NCBI GenBank assembly: GCA_001938485.1
Contig: MQRK01227093.1
Location: forward strand, 18,443-82,442
Direction: 5' to 3'
DNA from: Girardia tigrina
Lineage: Eukaryota
Length of the DNA stretch: 64,000 bases
Position 1 is the first letter of the stretch. Each line of letters starts with the position of its first letter. Below, one piece after another: positions 41,182 to 53,743 of this stretch. The notes under the pieces were generated by a model that worked only from the letters and a program-made list of their open reading frames with translations, made no database searches and had not been told where the DNA came from. A program made the position numbers and the translations under genes.

Positions 41182-41409
41182 CTTTGCTTCTTCATCTGGC
41201 TTCACTTCATTCCCCTCGTATTGAGCCTTTTCGGTCGCCTTCTTTTTCGCCTCTTCTTCTTCCTCGCGGCGCCTCTTCTCTTCATCTAGCACTTCCTTCA
41301 TCTTTTTCTCTCCCTCAAATGTGACCTTCCAGGTTTTAATCGCCATTTCACTCGCGTACTGCGGATCATCCGTGATGAGAATGTTATCGAATATCGTTCC
41401 CGCTTTCAC
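41182..41409 (-). CDS. CALR: Calreticulin exon 4 (acidic C-domain)
   Basis: VKAGTIFDNILITDD followed by a Lys/Glu-rich tail. The upstream intron is 85 nt. The donor AAG|GTTGAT at 41181 is inferred from the in-frame join to the last exon. Confidence 0.92.
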
Positions 41410-41494
41410 CTATAATTATCGCAGTTTGAAAAAATTGAAAGAAACAATTCGATTTTATTTAGTTACTTCAGAAAACCCAAAAATATTTTAGTAC

Positions 41495-41827
41495 CTGCCA
41501 TAAATCGAATCCGATTGTTTCGATATCATTTCTCACATACAACTCATCATCGGATTTATAATTGGGGTTATCGATCTCAGGGTGCATCCATGGACCTTTG
41601 TAATTGGGATTGTCGATTTCTTTCTGTTTCCATTCGCCTTTAAAAGATGGATTATCAATCTGAGGAGGTTCCCACTCCCCATCCATCTCGTCGTCCCAAT
41701 CATGTGGCTTAGTAGCTTTTGGATCTGGGATCGTTTTAGGTACATCCCAATCATCCGGTTTGACATCTGTAGGGTCTGGCATCTTTGGTTCATCCACCCA
41801 ATCACTTGGTTTCTGGGCACTTGGATC
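41495..41827 (-). CDS. CALR: Calreticulin exon 3 (proline-rich P-domain)
   Basis: Repeats DPSAQKPSDW, DPTDVKPDDW, DPKATKPHDWDDEMDGEWEPPQIDNP, GPWMHPEIDNP and IGFDLWQ. Acceptor aaatcAG|GAT and donor CAG|GTAC; 333 nt, phase 0/0. Confidence 0.97.
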
Positions 41828-42142
41828 CTGATTTAAAAAGACCATTTACATACGTTTCCTCACCAAATCAATTCACAGGATTGAAAAGAAAACCAAAATG
41901 GATCTCATCATTCATTTTTCCATAACACTAACACAAACAACAATCCATGTTGTCGTCAGAGTAAATATTTATTTTTTATTACTAAATGGCTACAGTTTTT
42001 CAACGATCAACTTGAGAAATATACGAATTTTGAATATCCAAGTGAGTTTTTGAATGATAAAGAATATAAATAAAATAGTATACACATAAAATTAAAATCA
42101 GATGAGTTTCAAGAAACTCTTTCTCATTATCAAGCCAATTTC

Positions 42143-42966
42143 GGAGACCGGAAAAAAGAGACCAGGAAAAAAGAGACCAGGATAAAAGAGACCATATAAA
42201 ATTTTAAAATTCAAGTAAATTTTAGAAAATTCAAATAAAATTTAGAAAAATTATTAAATTCAAGTAAAAATTTAGAAAAGTAATTAATAATTTTTCTAAA
42301 ATGTACTTGAATTTAATAATTAAAAAAAATTTTACATGAATTTAATTACTTTTTAGCGCAATTTCCATACTGACAATTGCGATTATTAATTGGTTATTTC
42401 TGTGTGGATGGATGGATGGATGTGTGTCCGCAGCTTTAAGTCGTATCTCCTCAACGAAGCAATATCNNNNNNNNNNNNNNNNNNNNNNNNNNNNNNNNNN
42501 NNNNNNNNNNNNNNNNNNNNNNNNNNNNNNNNNNNNNNNNNNNNNNNNNNNNNNNNNNNNNNNNNNNNNNNNNNNNNNNNNNNNNNNNNNNNNNNNNNNN
42601 NNNNNNNNNNNNNNNNNNNNNNNNNNNNNNNNNNNNNNNNNNNNNNNNNNNNNNNNNNNNNNNNNNNNNNNNNNNNNNNNNNNNNNNNNNNNNNNNNNNN
42701 NNNNNNNNNNNNNNNCACAAAAAATTAATCATAGTCAAATACTGATATAAACGTTTTAATATTTGGGCACCGAATAACATAAGGAAATTGCGCTTAAATT
42801 GTCACTAGACTTTTTATTAACTTGTTTTAAATTTTACTTGAATTTTTCATTTTTATATATTTTATTTGAATTTACTAAAATTTACTACAATTTACTTGAA
42901 TTTAATTAGTTTTCGAAAATTTACTTGAATTTTATAATTTTATGTGGTCTCTTTTTTCCGGGAATG
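42143..42966. mobile_element. Mutator-like fold-back element with 9-bp TSD (calreticulin intron 2)
   Basis: TSD GCCAATTTC at 42134-42142 and 42967-42975. Long IR arms with tandem GGAAAAAAGAGACC and AATTCAAGTAAA modules. Confidence 0.8.
42351..42812 (+). mobile_element. DINE-1/Helentron-like non-autonomous element nested in the fold-back element
   Basis: Subterminal IR AGCGCAATTTCC / GGAAATTGCGCT, partial inverted copy CAATTGCG near the 5' end, (TGGA)n microsatellite, T-rich insertion site. N gap inside. Confidence 0.6.
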
Positions 42967-43119
42967 GCCAATTTCATAGTTATTAATATTGGACTTCTTC
43001 CTTGTAGGATAAGCTTGGACGAATTTCAAACCATATGGAACTGATTCAAGGGCGGTTCTAGGGGACAAGCCTGGGGGTGTAATTTTTTGATAAATAAAAT
43101 TAGTAAAATTATAGGAGTC

Positions 43120-43930
43120 CGATTAAAGTATTTTATTATCAAAGTACATACAAAGGAATTGCCATTCTTCGTTTGTAAAGTTTTCACTGAACACTATTCT
43201 TAATGTCTGCAATCGCAACTGCAGATTTCCAGTCATCTTTTGTTTGCTCCACTTTGTTAATTTTAGTTTTGCATACAAAAGACGGAACTGGGATGAGATT
43301 GAGTGGATGGGAGTTTTAGAAATCAACACCGATTCCGTGTTGATGATGATATTTAAACAGATTCAAAGTTTATCAGTGGTGAATCTTGCTTGCAACCTAA
43401 TAGAATCGAGATATTTAACTGAGTTGCGAATCTTTGTCCACCCCGATTTGTATCCGTTCTCTCTGTCACCTTGATTTAACTACTTTAGGCAATCAGAGAG
43501 TGTCTAGTCTATATCTGTTTTGTTGTACTTATCTAGAATTTTACAAAATTAAATAGTGTTCAGTCCTGAAATGTCGATTCCGAACAAGTGAGACTTAGAA
43601 ATGCTTGTACTATCGATTGCATTGCATATTCACCTCCCACTGACTTATGTCCAAATCCTCCCAGATCTTTATCTGCATAAAAGTATTCTTTGAAAGAGTT
43701 CTGGACTGCGCCACATATTTTTTTCAATAGTCGTCGGAGTTCGACATCCGGCTTACTCTTAAAAATGACATTTTCTTTATGTGATACTCGCAGTTTGTTA
43801 GTTCCCGAGGAGTAAAACATTGATTTTTATTAAGAGAAAGTAAACTTCTTTTGCATAACGTCGACGCATCTACTTTCCCACACCTTTAAACAATTTACAA
43901 AAATATAACGTTTGGAATGAAATCTTGGTG
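43120..43930 (-). pseudogene. RLE-type non-LTR retrotransposon (NeSL/Utopia/R2-like) post-RT fragment
   Basis: NCLKVWE.VDA (cf. S.L.PWQK.DA), DVELRRLLKKICG..EYFYADKDLGGFG (LY...GGLG motif), EEWQF (cf. EWRF). Confidence 0.6.
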
Positions 43931-44109
43931 TATTTTCTTATAATGTCTCTAAACAAAATAAGTTCCGCTGCTCATTATATATATTATATAGGTAGTAGGA
44001 CTTTTTGGTACTGCCGTTTTGGTCCCAAACCGTTTTGGTCTTTGGTATATTTATTTATAAAATTTTTAGCTGTAGTAAGTATGATCTGTTATGCCGAATT
44101 TGTATAATA

Positions 44110-45285
44110 TTAGGTTGGTCGAAAAAGAATGGCGGTTTTGGGACACAAACTTCAAAGACGCGCAAATTCACAGAAACATAAGTTTATTAATCAAAGTATG
44201 AAAAGTTGGCATCAATACATTTTTGCCAACGAGAAACAAGTTGTTTTATTCCATCAGCATAAAATGCATCGGTTCTCGAGGCGACGAATTCTTGGAAGGA
44301 ATTTTGAGCATCATTTTGGTTTTTGAAAATTTTTTCACGTAGGAAGTTGTACAAATGCCTGACAAAGTAGAAGTCCGTTGGCGAGAGGTCTGGTGAATAT
44401 GGTGGATGAAGCAGGGTTTCATAGCCCAACTCATTAAGTTTTTGAAGAGTCACTTTTGAAATTTGAGGTCTGGCGTTATCATGAAGAAGGATGGGACTTT
44501 TTCGATTGACCAATCCCGGACAAAGGGTTTTCAATTTTTTATGCATTTCAGCAATTTCATTACAGTACCTCTCCGCTGTGATTGTTTCACCTTGAATCAA
44601 GAAACTATAGTGGATGATTCCAGCATCACACCAACAAACTGTCACCATAACCTTACGGGGTGTTAGTTTCGGTACTTCATCTTTGTCCAACCACTGTGCA
44701 GATCGACTTCGGTTATCATACAGGATCCATTTCTCATCACAGGTAACAATACGACCAAGAAATGGATCGTTTTTATTGCGAAGATGATTGGCAGAACAAA
44801 TTTCATAGCGTCGGTTCTTTTGATTTTCATTCAAATCATGTGGAACCCATTTATCAAGTTTCTTGATTTTTCCAAGTTGTTTTAAATGATCCAGGACTGT
44901 TGAATGACTAATACCCAACCCATCTGCAATTTCTCTGATTGTTGTACGGGGATCTGTTTCCACTATTATCCTCAAATTGTCGTTGTTCATAGCAACTGGA
45001 CGACCACGAACTTCTTCATCTTCAAGGTTTTCATCTCCATCAGAAAATTTTCGGAACCATCGTTGCACTGTGCGCAAAGATGTTCTCTTCCCAAACGCTT
45101 TATTGATATTGCGAGCAGTTTCTGCTGTTTTAGGACCCAGTTTAAATTCGTACAAGAAAATTGCTCGAATTTTAATTTTTTCATTATTAATTTAGCACCG
45201 CAAATATTCTAAAAAATAACAGCAATATGTTAATATAGGAATATACAGTTAGGCATAAGATTTCAAATAATATAATGCATTTAAA

Positions 45286-45324
<39 letters not shown>

Positions 45325-45425
45325 NNNNNNNNNNNNNNNNNNNNNNNNNNNNNNNNNNNNNNNNNNNNNNNNNNNNNNNNNNNNNNNNNNNNNNAAAAAC
45401 CGCCATTATTTTTCGACCAACCTAA
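44110..45425 (-). mobile_element. mariner transposon, cecropia/Hsmar1-like, near full length
   Basis: TA flanks; TIR TTAGGTTGGTCGAAAAAGAATGGCGGTTTT. Confidence 0.95.
44187..45184 (-). pseudogene. mariner DD34D transposase (322-aa open frame; N-terminal frameshift)
   Basis: WVPHDL, VTCDEKW, LHDNARP, HPPYSPDLSPTDF. The natural ATG at 45184 is out of frame with IRAIFLYEFKLG, and there is a small internal deletion near KDEVPKLTP. Confidence 0.9.
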
Positions 45426-46309
45426 TATTTATAATATTCAAATATGAAAAAATATGTATTTAACATGAAAAATTATCAATTTAATATGAAAACAAGGTTT
45501 TAACAATACACGTTTTCAATTCAACTTACCACCAAAGAAGAATTTTAAATAACTATGCATAAAATTTTTACATTTTGAGTCTATTTGGCATTATAATTTT
45601 TTTTCAAATTTAATTTATATTTTTTCATATTAAATTGATAATTTTTCATATGAATTATACAATTTTTTTCAAAGATGAATAAATTATTCGGCAAAAATTG
45701 CCTAATTCACGAATTCACTAATTATACAAATTTTGCATAACAGATCATTTTACAGCTAAAAATTTTATAAACAAATATACCAAGGACGAAAACAGTGGTA
45801 TCAAAACTGCGCTACCAAAACGGCCTGGTATCAAAACGGTGGAACTAAAACGGTATGTACCCTATTACGTTTATTATTATAGCTCATCAGATAATTGAAC
45901 TCTTGAGAAAGTTAATAATTAAGTAACGAAACGTTGTGAATCAAAAAAATTTGAGTTTTCTTTGATAAGCCCCTCAATCCCGCTACAATGTTTTATGTTT
46001 AAATTTAAGATTCTGGGGGTCGTAAATTGAATGAAAAAAGCAAGAATTTTAATTCAAAAAAGACGAATTTGAATGCAAAAAGACTATTTTTTGAACTGAT
46101 TGCAACAAGTGTTTAACCCTTTAGACCCGAGACTCCTGAGCAAAAACTCCTATAATTCAAAAATATTTTTAATGAGTCAAATTTCATCAAAATAATGTAG
46201 AATGCTGGTACAATATTACGCAAGAAAAGTATCAGAAGCACTTATTTGCAATAGTTACAAAGCACAAATCATTTCAGCGATTGCACAAGAAAATACCATG
46301 TTGGAAATA

Positions 46310-48390
46310 CTTAGGCTGTCCTAAAGGTCCTCAGGTGGCCTTTAAAAACACACTAATATTTTACCAAATTTAACCAAATTTGGACTGATTATTACGAGGG
46401 GCGTTCCGAAAGTAAGTGGAAAAAAGGGAGACGACACCACAATAAATCATTTATTGAAGGAATACAATGTCATTCAGATAGGCATGTCATCTCCGCCAAC
46501 TCGCGAATGGTAAGGCAGCGATTTGCATTGATGGTCTCCGACACTTTTTCTACATTTTCTACCGTGCTCGTCGTTGCTGGACGTCTACTCCTGTCCTCGT
46601 CGTCCAAGGATTCACGTCCATTTTCGAATTGATGCACCCAATTGTAGACGGCAGACTTTTGCAGGGCTCTTCCTTGAAACACATTTGATAAGCGGCGCAC
46701 AATGTCAGACACTGGAGTATCCTCTTTCCAAAGGAAAAAGATGATGGCACGCTAAGAACGTACTGCGTCTTCCATGTGTTAAACAAAAATGAAAACACTG
46801 CCTATGACATTTTCCTCTATGCTGCTCACATGTTGCATGGACCAATGCCACTTTTGCTTGATTTCTATTGGTTAGTAAGTACATCACGTCAACACGTTAT
46901 CTGTCCCTCTGTAAGATGCACACTCACGCGCACACCCGCACATAAGTATTTCCACTTACTTTCGGAACGCCCCTCGTATTCAGACTGTCATAAATACTGT
47001 GTTAAAATTTCAAAGCATAAAATTAAAAAAAAGTAAAATTTTGTTTTATTAAAGTATTGAAATTTTAAAAGTGCAGCAAATTCAAATCAAGCGGTTTTTA
47101 ACAATGTAACCAAATAAATGTTGTCAACGTTTTTTTGTTCTAACCCAAAGTAAAAGAGGATTCTCTGCTTCAGAAATTCTTCAGCAACTTCAGCAGGCAT
47201 GGGAAGACGCAAACCACCCGGCACTGAAAACTATTCAACAATGGTTGACAGATTTTAAAAAAGAAAAGCGGACGCCCTTCGACGATTCATCAAGAAGTGG
47301 CATGCCGTCATTAATAGACGATGAAAAGATTAAAGCAGTCAAAGAAGTGATTGATGAAGCTCCAAATACGTCTTTGCATTATATTGAAAATGAACTTTCT
47401 TTAGGCAAAAATACAGTCCACAATATTTTGCGTGAAAAACTTCATTACAAAAAAAGTTTGCTCTGTTTGGGTCCCTCACAAACTTTCTGCTGCTAATAAA
47501 CAACAACGCATTAACACTGCAAAGCATATACGCCATGTAATTTCATAGATGGGTGATGAAGCATATTTCAACATAGCGATCGAGGATGAGACATATGTCT
47601 TTTTACAAGGTAGAGGAAAGAAAGAAGATGACAAAGTTTGGATTCATTCTAATGCTGTTCCACCAAAAGTGATAAAGCCATCGTCAATGACTGATAAAAA
47701 ATCTCTTGTTTTCGTAACCTTTACCTGCAACAAACGTTTTAATGTAAAAGCACTTCCATATGGTACCAAGATTGATTCCGAGGCGTATGTGAACTTTGTT
47801 CATGACAACGGTGAAAAATGGCGGAAACATAGATCTAACAGCATCAAGCTAAAGGAACTTAAGTGGTGGCATGATAATGCAAAACCTCATTCTAGCAAAG
47901 AAACAACTCTTTTTTTTGAAAGAAGAAAAATTGAAAAAATTTATCAATCGCCATATAGTTCACATTTTAATCTGTGTGACAGATTCTTGTTTTCAAAAAT
48001 GAAGAAAAGTTTTAAAAATCATGTTTTCAAATCACATGAAGAAATTGAAGAAGCTTGTAAATTCTTTTTTAATTCTTTATCAACNNNNNNNNNNNNAAAA
48101 TCAACTAGATAAACTTTTTAACTATTGTCAGTTGGTTATTGACAACAATGGTGAATATGTTGTTGCTTAAGAAATTTTTAAAATATTTTTTTAAATAAAT
48201 TTTTAAATTCGCTGCATCTACTTTTTTTGTTTTTTATTTTATTTTTTTGGTAAGTTTCAAATTTTATGCTTTGAAATTTTAACGCAGTATTTGTGACAGT
48301 CTGAATAATATTCAGTCCAAATTTGGTTAAATTTGGTAAAATATTAGTTTGTGTTTAAAGGCCACTTGAGGACTTTTGGGACAGCCGAAG
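46310..48390 (+). mobile_element. Divergent DD34D mariner-like transposon with ~130-bp TIRs
   Basis: TA flanks. The left TIR (46310-46394 plus 46979-47025, split by an insertion) mirrors 48260-48390. ORF pieces SRSGMP, CWVPHKL, IEDETYV, WHDNAKPH-34 aa-LCDRFLF. Confidence 0.85.
46395..46976 (-). mobile_element. Internally deleted irritans-like mariner (582 bp) nested in the left TIR of the long-TIR element
   Basis: TA TSD; perfect TIR CGAGGGGCGTTCCGAAAGTAAGTGGAA. Only the HTH region is retained (VYNWVHQFENGRESLDDEDRSRRP..NRCLTIRELAE). Confidence 0.9.
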
Positions 48391-49294
48391 TATAAGCAAG
48401 TTTTTCAAGGTTACATATTCTTCAAGAAAAATGTGCTATTAGCGCCAGTACTCTACCTTAATGCGGTAGTCAGCAAAACAATTATCATCACCAGTTCCAA
48501 TGAACAGAAAAATCTCACTATCTTTGAACATGTAAACAGATTTTCGACGTTTCGTCCAGTTCTGGATTGTTTCTTGTTCTATTGTATTTTTCAAGGCAGA
48601 CGATACAACGACAGTTTCCTTTGGACAAGTTTAAATTTTTAAAGGAATTTAAGCTCCCCCTATGTTTGGCAAATTCATAAATTTATGAATTATTGAAAAT
48701 TAAAAAGTTCTAAAATATTTTAAATCAGAATTTTATTTAAAAGAATTTTTATAAGTAAAAATGTTTTCTAAATAAATAATTAAAGCTAATTTTTTTAAAA
48801 ATAAAAAGTTATAGAAATTTGTATTGAAAAGAATTTTATAAGTGAAAATACTTTTTCAATAATTTTTAAAAAAATAAAGTTGTGTCTTAATTCAAGTTAA
48901 ATTAAAGAATAACTCGAAAATTTAGAAATGGAGTAAAATCAAATAATGTAACTCTAAAATTAATTTAATATTTATACATATGGCTACATAACGAAAGTAA
49001 AACATTCTGTACAGAAGATTTTAAAACGGTGATTACAATAAGATAAGTAAAAATATTAGGATTTTAATTTTATAAAAGTCGTAAATTTATAAATTAAAAT
49101 TTGAAATAAATAAAGTATAAATATTTACAATTTAATTAAAATTTATATATTGATATTTATATTTAGCAATTTTGATATTTGGTTTGTGAAAAATAAGAAA
49201 ACCTCGTTCCTTGTAAATTTGTTTAGCAAAAATAGCTAATTGTTATATAAATAAATATTTGTGTTATGCACTCACCAACCCAACACCCTATTTA

Positions 49295-49392
49295 GAGTAG
49301 ACTCCCGTATAACGCAATTTCAATCATTTTTTCTATTTCAACGCGATTTTTACATCACGTAACATAATACTCACGTTATACAGAGTTTACTG
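49295..49392. mobile_element. Small pogo/Tigger-like MITE
   Basis: Imperfect TIR GAGTAGACTCCCGTATAACG / CGTTATACAGAGTTTACTG. Confidence 0.45.
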
Positions 49393-49531
49393 CATAACTA
49401 AAAATTGAAAATATTAAAATTAAAACAAAATTGAAAAAAAACACTGGATTGATAAATTTAAAAATTAAAAATAAAATAATTGTAACATAAAACTAGAAAA
49501 CAAAGAAAAAAAGGAAGTATTAAATAATTTA

Positions 49532-50777
49532 TTAGGTTGTCCGGAAAGTTCGTAGCGTTTTTTCAAGAAAATTTGAAACGCTATAAAAATATAAATGACT
49601 GATATCAGTCTACAAAGTATTCTTCATTGTTTTCCACCAGCTTTTGTCATCTTTATTCAAGTTTCATAATCCCTTTTTAATAAAACGTTTGATGTTTGCT
49701 CCCGAAAAACTCCTCAAGGTAATTTTTGCAAGCATCTTTGTCTGTGAATTTTTTCCCACTAATCGAGTTTTGTAGACAACGGAATAAGTAAAAATCTGAA
49801 GGTGCAATATCTGGCGAATACGGTGGGTGCAATAGAATATCCCAACCAAGCTTGGCTAATTTTTGTCGAGTTTGCAAAGATGTATGCGGTCTTGCTTTAT
49901 CATGATGTAATATAACGCCTTTTCTGTTCGCTAATTCCGGACGTTTCTGTTTGATTGCATTATCCAATTTGCATAGTTGCTAACAATACTTATCAGAATT
50001 AATTGTTTCTTTGTTTGGAAGAAGCTCGTAATAAATCACGCCCTTCCAATCCCACCAAACGCTCAATAAAACCTTTTTTGGGTCCAAATCCGGTTTAGCT
50101 GATGCGAGAGGCTTACTTCCAGCTTCCCCCCCATGATCTTTTGCGCTGTACGTTATCGTACATTATTCATTTTTCATCGTCTGTAATTAGCCGCTTTAGA
50201 ACCGGAATCTCTTTATTTTTTTTGCGGAGCGAAATGCAAGCAAAAACTCTATCAGAAAGCACTTTCTGTTAATTTATGTGACACACAAATATCAAGTCTA
50301 TAAACAAAACAAAGCTTCTGTAAATGTTCGTGTACTGCTCTTTTTGATATCTGCAATAATTCTGCCAAGTCTCGAACGTTTATTCTTGGATTTTCGACTA
50401 TTTTAATTTTCAGAATTCATCGTCATCTAAGGTAGACGGGCGACCAGATCTTTCCGCACCTTGCAGATTGAAATTACCTTTCTTGAAATTCGCGAACCAC
50501 TTACGCACTGTACTTTCCCCAACCGCACTAGAACCATAAAAGTCGCAAATACTTTTCTGTGCTTCGGCAGCGTTTTTTTTATTATAAAAAAACAGCATTA
50601 CATGTCTTAAATGAATTTTATTTTTGGCCATAATTAGGAAAATAAAAATTCGAAAATTAATTGATTTTAAAGATAATATATGAATATTGATGAAACAATT
50701 AAAAAAGCATGGAAAAATAAAGCGAACAGTCTTGAAACCAAATATGAAAAACGCTACGAACTTTCCGGACAATCTAA
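49532..50777 (-). mobile_element. mariner transposon, mellifera-like (full length, pseudogenised)
   Basis: TA flanks; TIR TTAGGTTGTCCGGAAAGTTCGTAGCGTTTTT; MAKNKIHLRHVMLFFY..., KRPELANRKGVILHHDKARPH, HPPYSPDIAPSDFYLF; several frameshifts and stops. Confidence 0.95.
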
Positions 50778-51297
50778 TAAAAATTATAATAATAATTAAA
50801 AATTGAACAATTAAAAAATTGAAACAAAAAAAAATTTAAAAATAAAACCACTTTTTTCAAATTAAATGCTTATAAGAAAATATTCTGCTAGCAACTTTTT
50901 TGGAGCAGTACAGGTGTATTTGGTTATTTGTCCTCAACAGTTTAAGAAAATAGATTATTGAAAAAATTTAACTTTAACTTCGTACATCTTTATTTAATTC
51001 TGCTATTTTATTAATAATTTTTAAAATATTTAATATTAATGAAAGTAAAATAAAAAAATTACTAAAATATTCAATTTAATTAAAAATCTTTTTAAAATAT
51101 TTTTTCGTTAAAAATTTGATAATTAGTTAAATAATTCAGTAAATTCTTTTTTATTTATTTCTAAAAAATCTGTGTTAAATATTTCTATTTATTATTTAGT
51201 TTTTATTATTTGAGAATTTAAAAATATTTAATTAATTATTTTAAATTATTTTTAAATATTCATTTACTTAAATTTTTTAATATTTTCTTCGTTTTTA

Positions 51298-52478
51298 TTA
51301 GGTGTACAAGTATGAAATGCGGATTTCAAAAAACGGATTGTGCACAATGCAAAAAGTAGGTCAATGGTTAGGCAATGATGTCATAATATTGAGTAATTAT
51401 GTTGTGTCTCATACGTAACTCATAAATTGATAAAGCGTTTTAATAATTNNNNNNNNNNNNNNNNNNNNNNNNNNNNNNNNNNNNNNNNNNNNNNNNNNNN
51501 NNNNNNNNNNNNNNNNNNNNNNNNNNNNNNNNNNNNNNNNNNNNNNNNNNNNNNNNNNNNNNNNNNNNNNNNNNNNNNNNNNNNNNNNNNNNNNNNNNNN
51601 NNNNNNNNNNNNNNNNNNNNNNNNNNNNNNNNNNNNNNNNNNNNNNNNNNNNNNNNNNNNNNNNNNNNNNNNNNNNNNNNNNNNNNNNNNNNNNNNNNNN
51701 NNNNNNNNNNNNNNNNNNNNNNNNNNNNNNNNNNNNNNNNNNNNNNNNNNNNNNNNNNNNNNNNNNNNNNNNNNNNNNNNNNNNNNNNNNNNNNNNNNNN
51801 NNNNNNNNNNNNNNNNNNNNNNNNNNNNNNNNNNNNNNNNNNNNNNNNNNNNNNNNNNNNNNNNNNNNNNNNNNNNNNNNNNNNNNNNNNNNNNNNNNNN
51901 NNNNNNNNNNNNNNNNNNNNNNNNNNNNNNNNNNNNNNNNNNNNNNNNNNNNNNNNNNNNNNNNNNNNNNNNNNNNNNNNNNNNNNNNNNNNNNNNNNNN
52001 NNNNNNNNNNNNNNNNNNNNNNNNNNNNNNNNNNNNNNNNNNNNNNNNNNNNNNNNNNNNNNNNNNNNNNNNNNNNNNNNNNNNNNNNNNNNNNNNNNNN
52101 NNNNNNNNNNNNNNNNNNNNNNNNNNNNNNNNNNNNNNNNNNNNNNNNNNNNNNNNNNNNNNNNNNNNNNNNNNNNNNNNNNNNNNNNNNNNNNNNNNNN
52201 NNNNNNNNNNNNNNNNNNNNNNNNNNTTGCATCGATGGGTCACGCACTTGCTCAGCAGCGCTTTGATTCTTACGAAAATGTGCAAAAATGGGTCGATGAA
52301 TGGTTCATGGAGAAAAGGAAGACTTTTACTGGCGAGGTATCCACAATTTGAGATATAGATGGGACAAATGTATCATTAGTAATGGAGCATATTTTGAATA
52401 AAGCTTTTTTTATCGTTCTTTTGTTTTTAACGTATTTCTTTTCAAAATTTAATCCGCATTTCATACTTGTACACCTAA
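51298..52478 (+). mobile_element. mariner transposon, mauritiana/Mos1-like (mostly N gap)
   Basis: TA flanks; TIR TTAGGTGTACAAGTATGAAATGCGGATT; C-terminus ASMGHALAQQRFDSYENVQKWVDEWF..FYWRGIHNLRYRWDKCIISNGAYFE*. Confidence 0.92.
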
Positions 52479-53027
52479 TAGTCAGTATTTGATATTTTTT
52501 TGTTTTATTTTTATAATTATTTTGATTTTTAGTTAATATTTTATAATATTTTTCAGAGAAAGAAAATCGATTTTCTCTTATCTTTTATTAAAACAATAAA
52601 TTTCGATGGAATATCCGTCATCATCATGGACTTCTGATACCAGCTGTTAACCTCATTTTTGTTCATTTATGATTATGCAATTACTATTTCACGTAAATAC
52701 TTTCAACAAAGTTGATAAATCACTTGATTGGACGTTAATTGCTGGATTGACCGATTTTACGCGAATCACTAATTGCATAATTAATGGCATAATCGTCAAT
52801 AAACACAAGATTAACAGCTATGACCAAAAACATCTGATGATGAGGGATATTACGTCGAAATTTTTTGCATTTCTCAGTTTTTATTCCCAAATGGCGTTTT
52901 TTAATTTGTATAACTTCCCGATACTTTTAAAATTTAAACAAATAGCTTAAGTAAAGCGGTGAAAGTAACATTTTTTTCCTATATATCTTGAAATTATAAT
53001 TATCGTAAAAATCTCGTCAATCATTAC

Positions 53028-53569
53028 GTTGATTCGTTTCGGTGGCAGAAAAGCCCAATCGTCCTCGAGGTTGCCTCCTTCTACCTTCTCATTATCGATC
53101 AACACCTCGTACGTATTGTCGGGCCGTAAAATCAGCGTATACAAATGACTGAACTCGTCATCTTTACACGGTATATCTTTTTTCGTCAAGTGATTCTCGC
53201 CCTTGTAACTCAGAATCACATGCACCTTCTTCGTGCCCATTCCACAAATGTCCGGACCGAACATTATCTCGTACGGTGTTTCTCCATGAAAGTTCTTCTG
53301 ATCGACGTTCTTTCCCAACAATTTGATATAACCACCACCACAATCGACCATTTGTTCATGTTTCACTTGAAATTGAACGACCAAAATTTTATTTCTATTC
53401 GAAAACGGTTCATCGAGTTTATAGGAAATTCCGTAGAATTTCGAATTTTCGCTCGTTTTAATGCCTTTGTCTTTATTGATATCGCTAAAGTATTTACCGG
53501 CCGTGTATATGAATTTGCCTTGGTCGTTACCCTTATAAGTCGACTCGACCCATTTTTTCAATGAGTCTT
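53028..53569 (-). CDS. CALR: Calreticulin exon 2 (lectin N-domain)
   Basis: Contains KHEQMVDCGGGYIKL, YEIMFGPDICG, KKVHVIL, HLYTLILRPDNTYEVLIDN and DDWAFLPPKRI, which are calreticulin/calnexin family signatures. Donor AAC|GTAATG at 53027. Confidence 0.97.
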
Positions 53570-53625
53570 CTGTAAATTTAAGTTCGAATTGTAATTATTA
53601 TAAGATAATTATTATATTAAGAAAC

Positions 53626-53728
53626 CGGTTGGAAAGTCTTCGTAAAAGTAAACGGTTGGATCGGCTTTTATCAATCCGTTTACGATAACACAAGCGAACA
53701 GAAAAACAACGCGAGACATCAAAATCAT
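53626..53728 (-). CDS. CALR: Calreticulin exon 1 (signal peptide and start of N-domain)
   Basis: ATG at 53728 gives MILMSRVVFLFACVIVNGLIKADPTVYFYEDFPT: a hydrophobic signal peptide plus the calreticulin-type mature start (DPTVYFxEDF). GT donor at 53625, 56-nt intron, tttacAG acceptor, and the phase-1 join is in frame with exon 2. Confidence 0.92.
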
Positions 53729-53743
53729 GTTGCTAAAGATGGT

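Larger units (their letters stand above)
43991..45862. mobile_element. Fold-back (long-TIR) element interrupted by the cecropia-like mariner
   Basis: 43991-44108 is the reverse complement of ~45720-45862 (CCGTTTTGGT modules; ttggtatattt.tttataaaatttttagctgta..tgatctgttatgc). Symmetry resumes at 45428-45490 vs 45600-45680. Confidence 0.75.

Noticed and set aside
51420-52285. Long ORFs made mostly of X (also at 22.9-23.3, 42.4-42.8 and 45.3 kb)
   Set aside because: Artifacts of translating through N gaps.
53145-53564. Antisense ORFs over calreticulin, mariner and Gypsy coding regions (e.g. 41582-41836, 44904-45212, 57033-57410, 59771-60163)
   Set aside because: Shadow frames of real coding sequence on the opposite strand.
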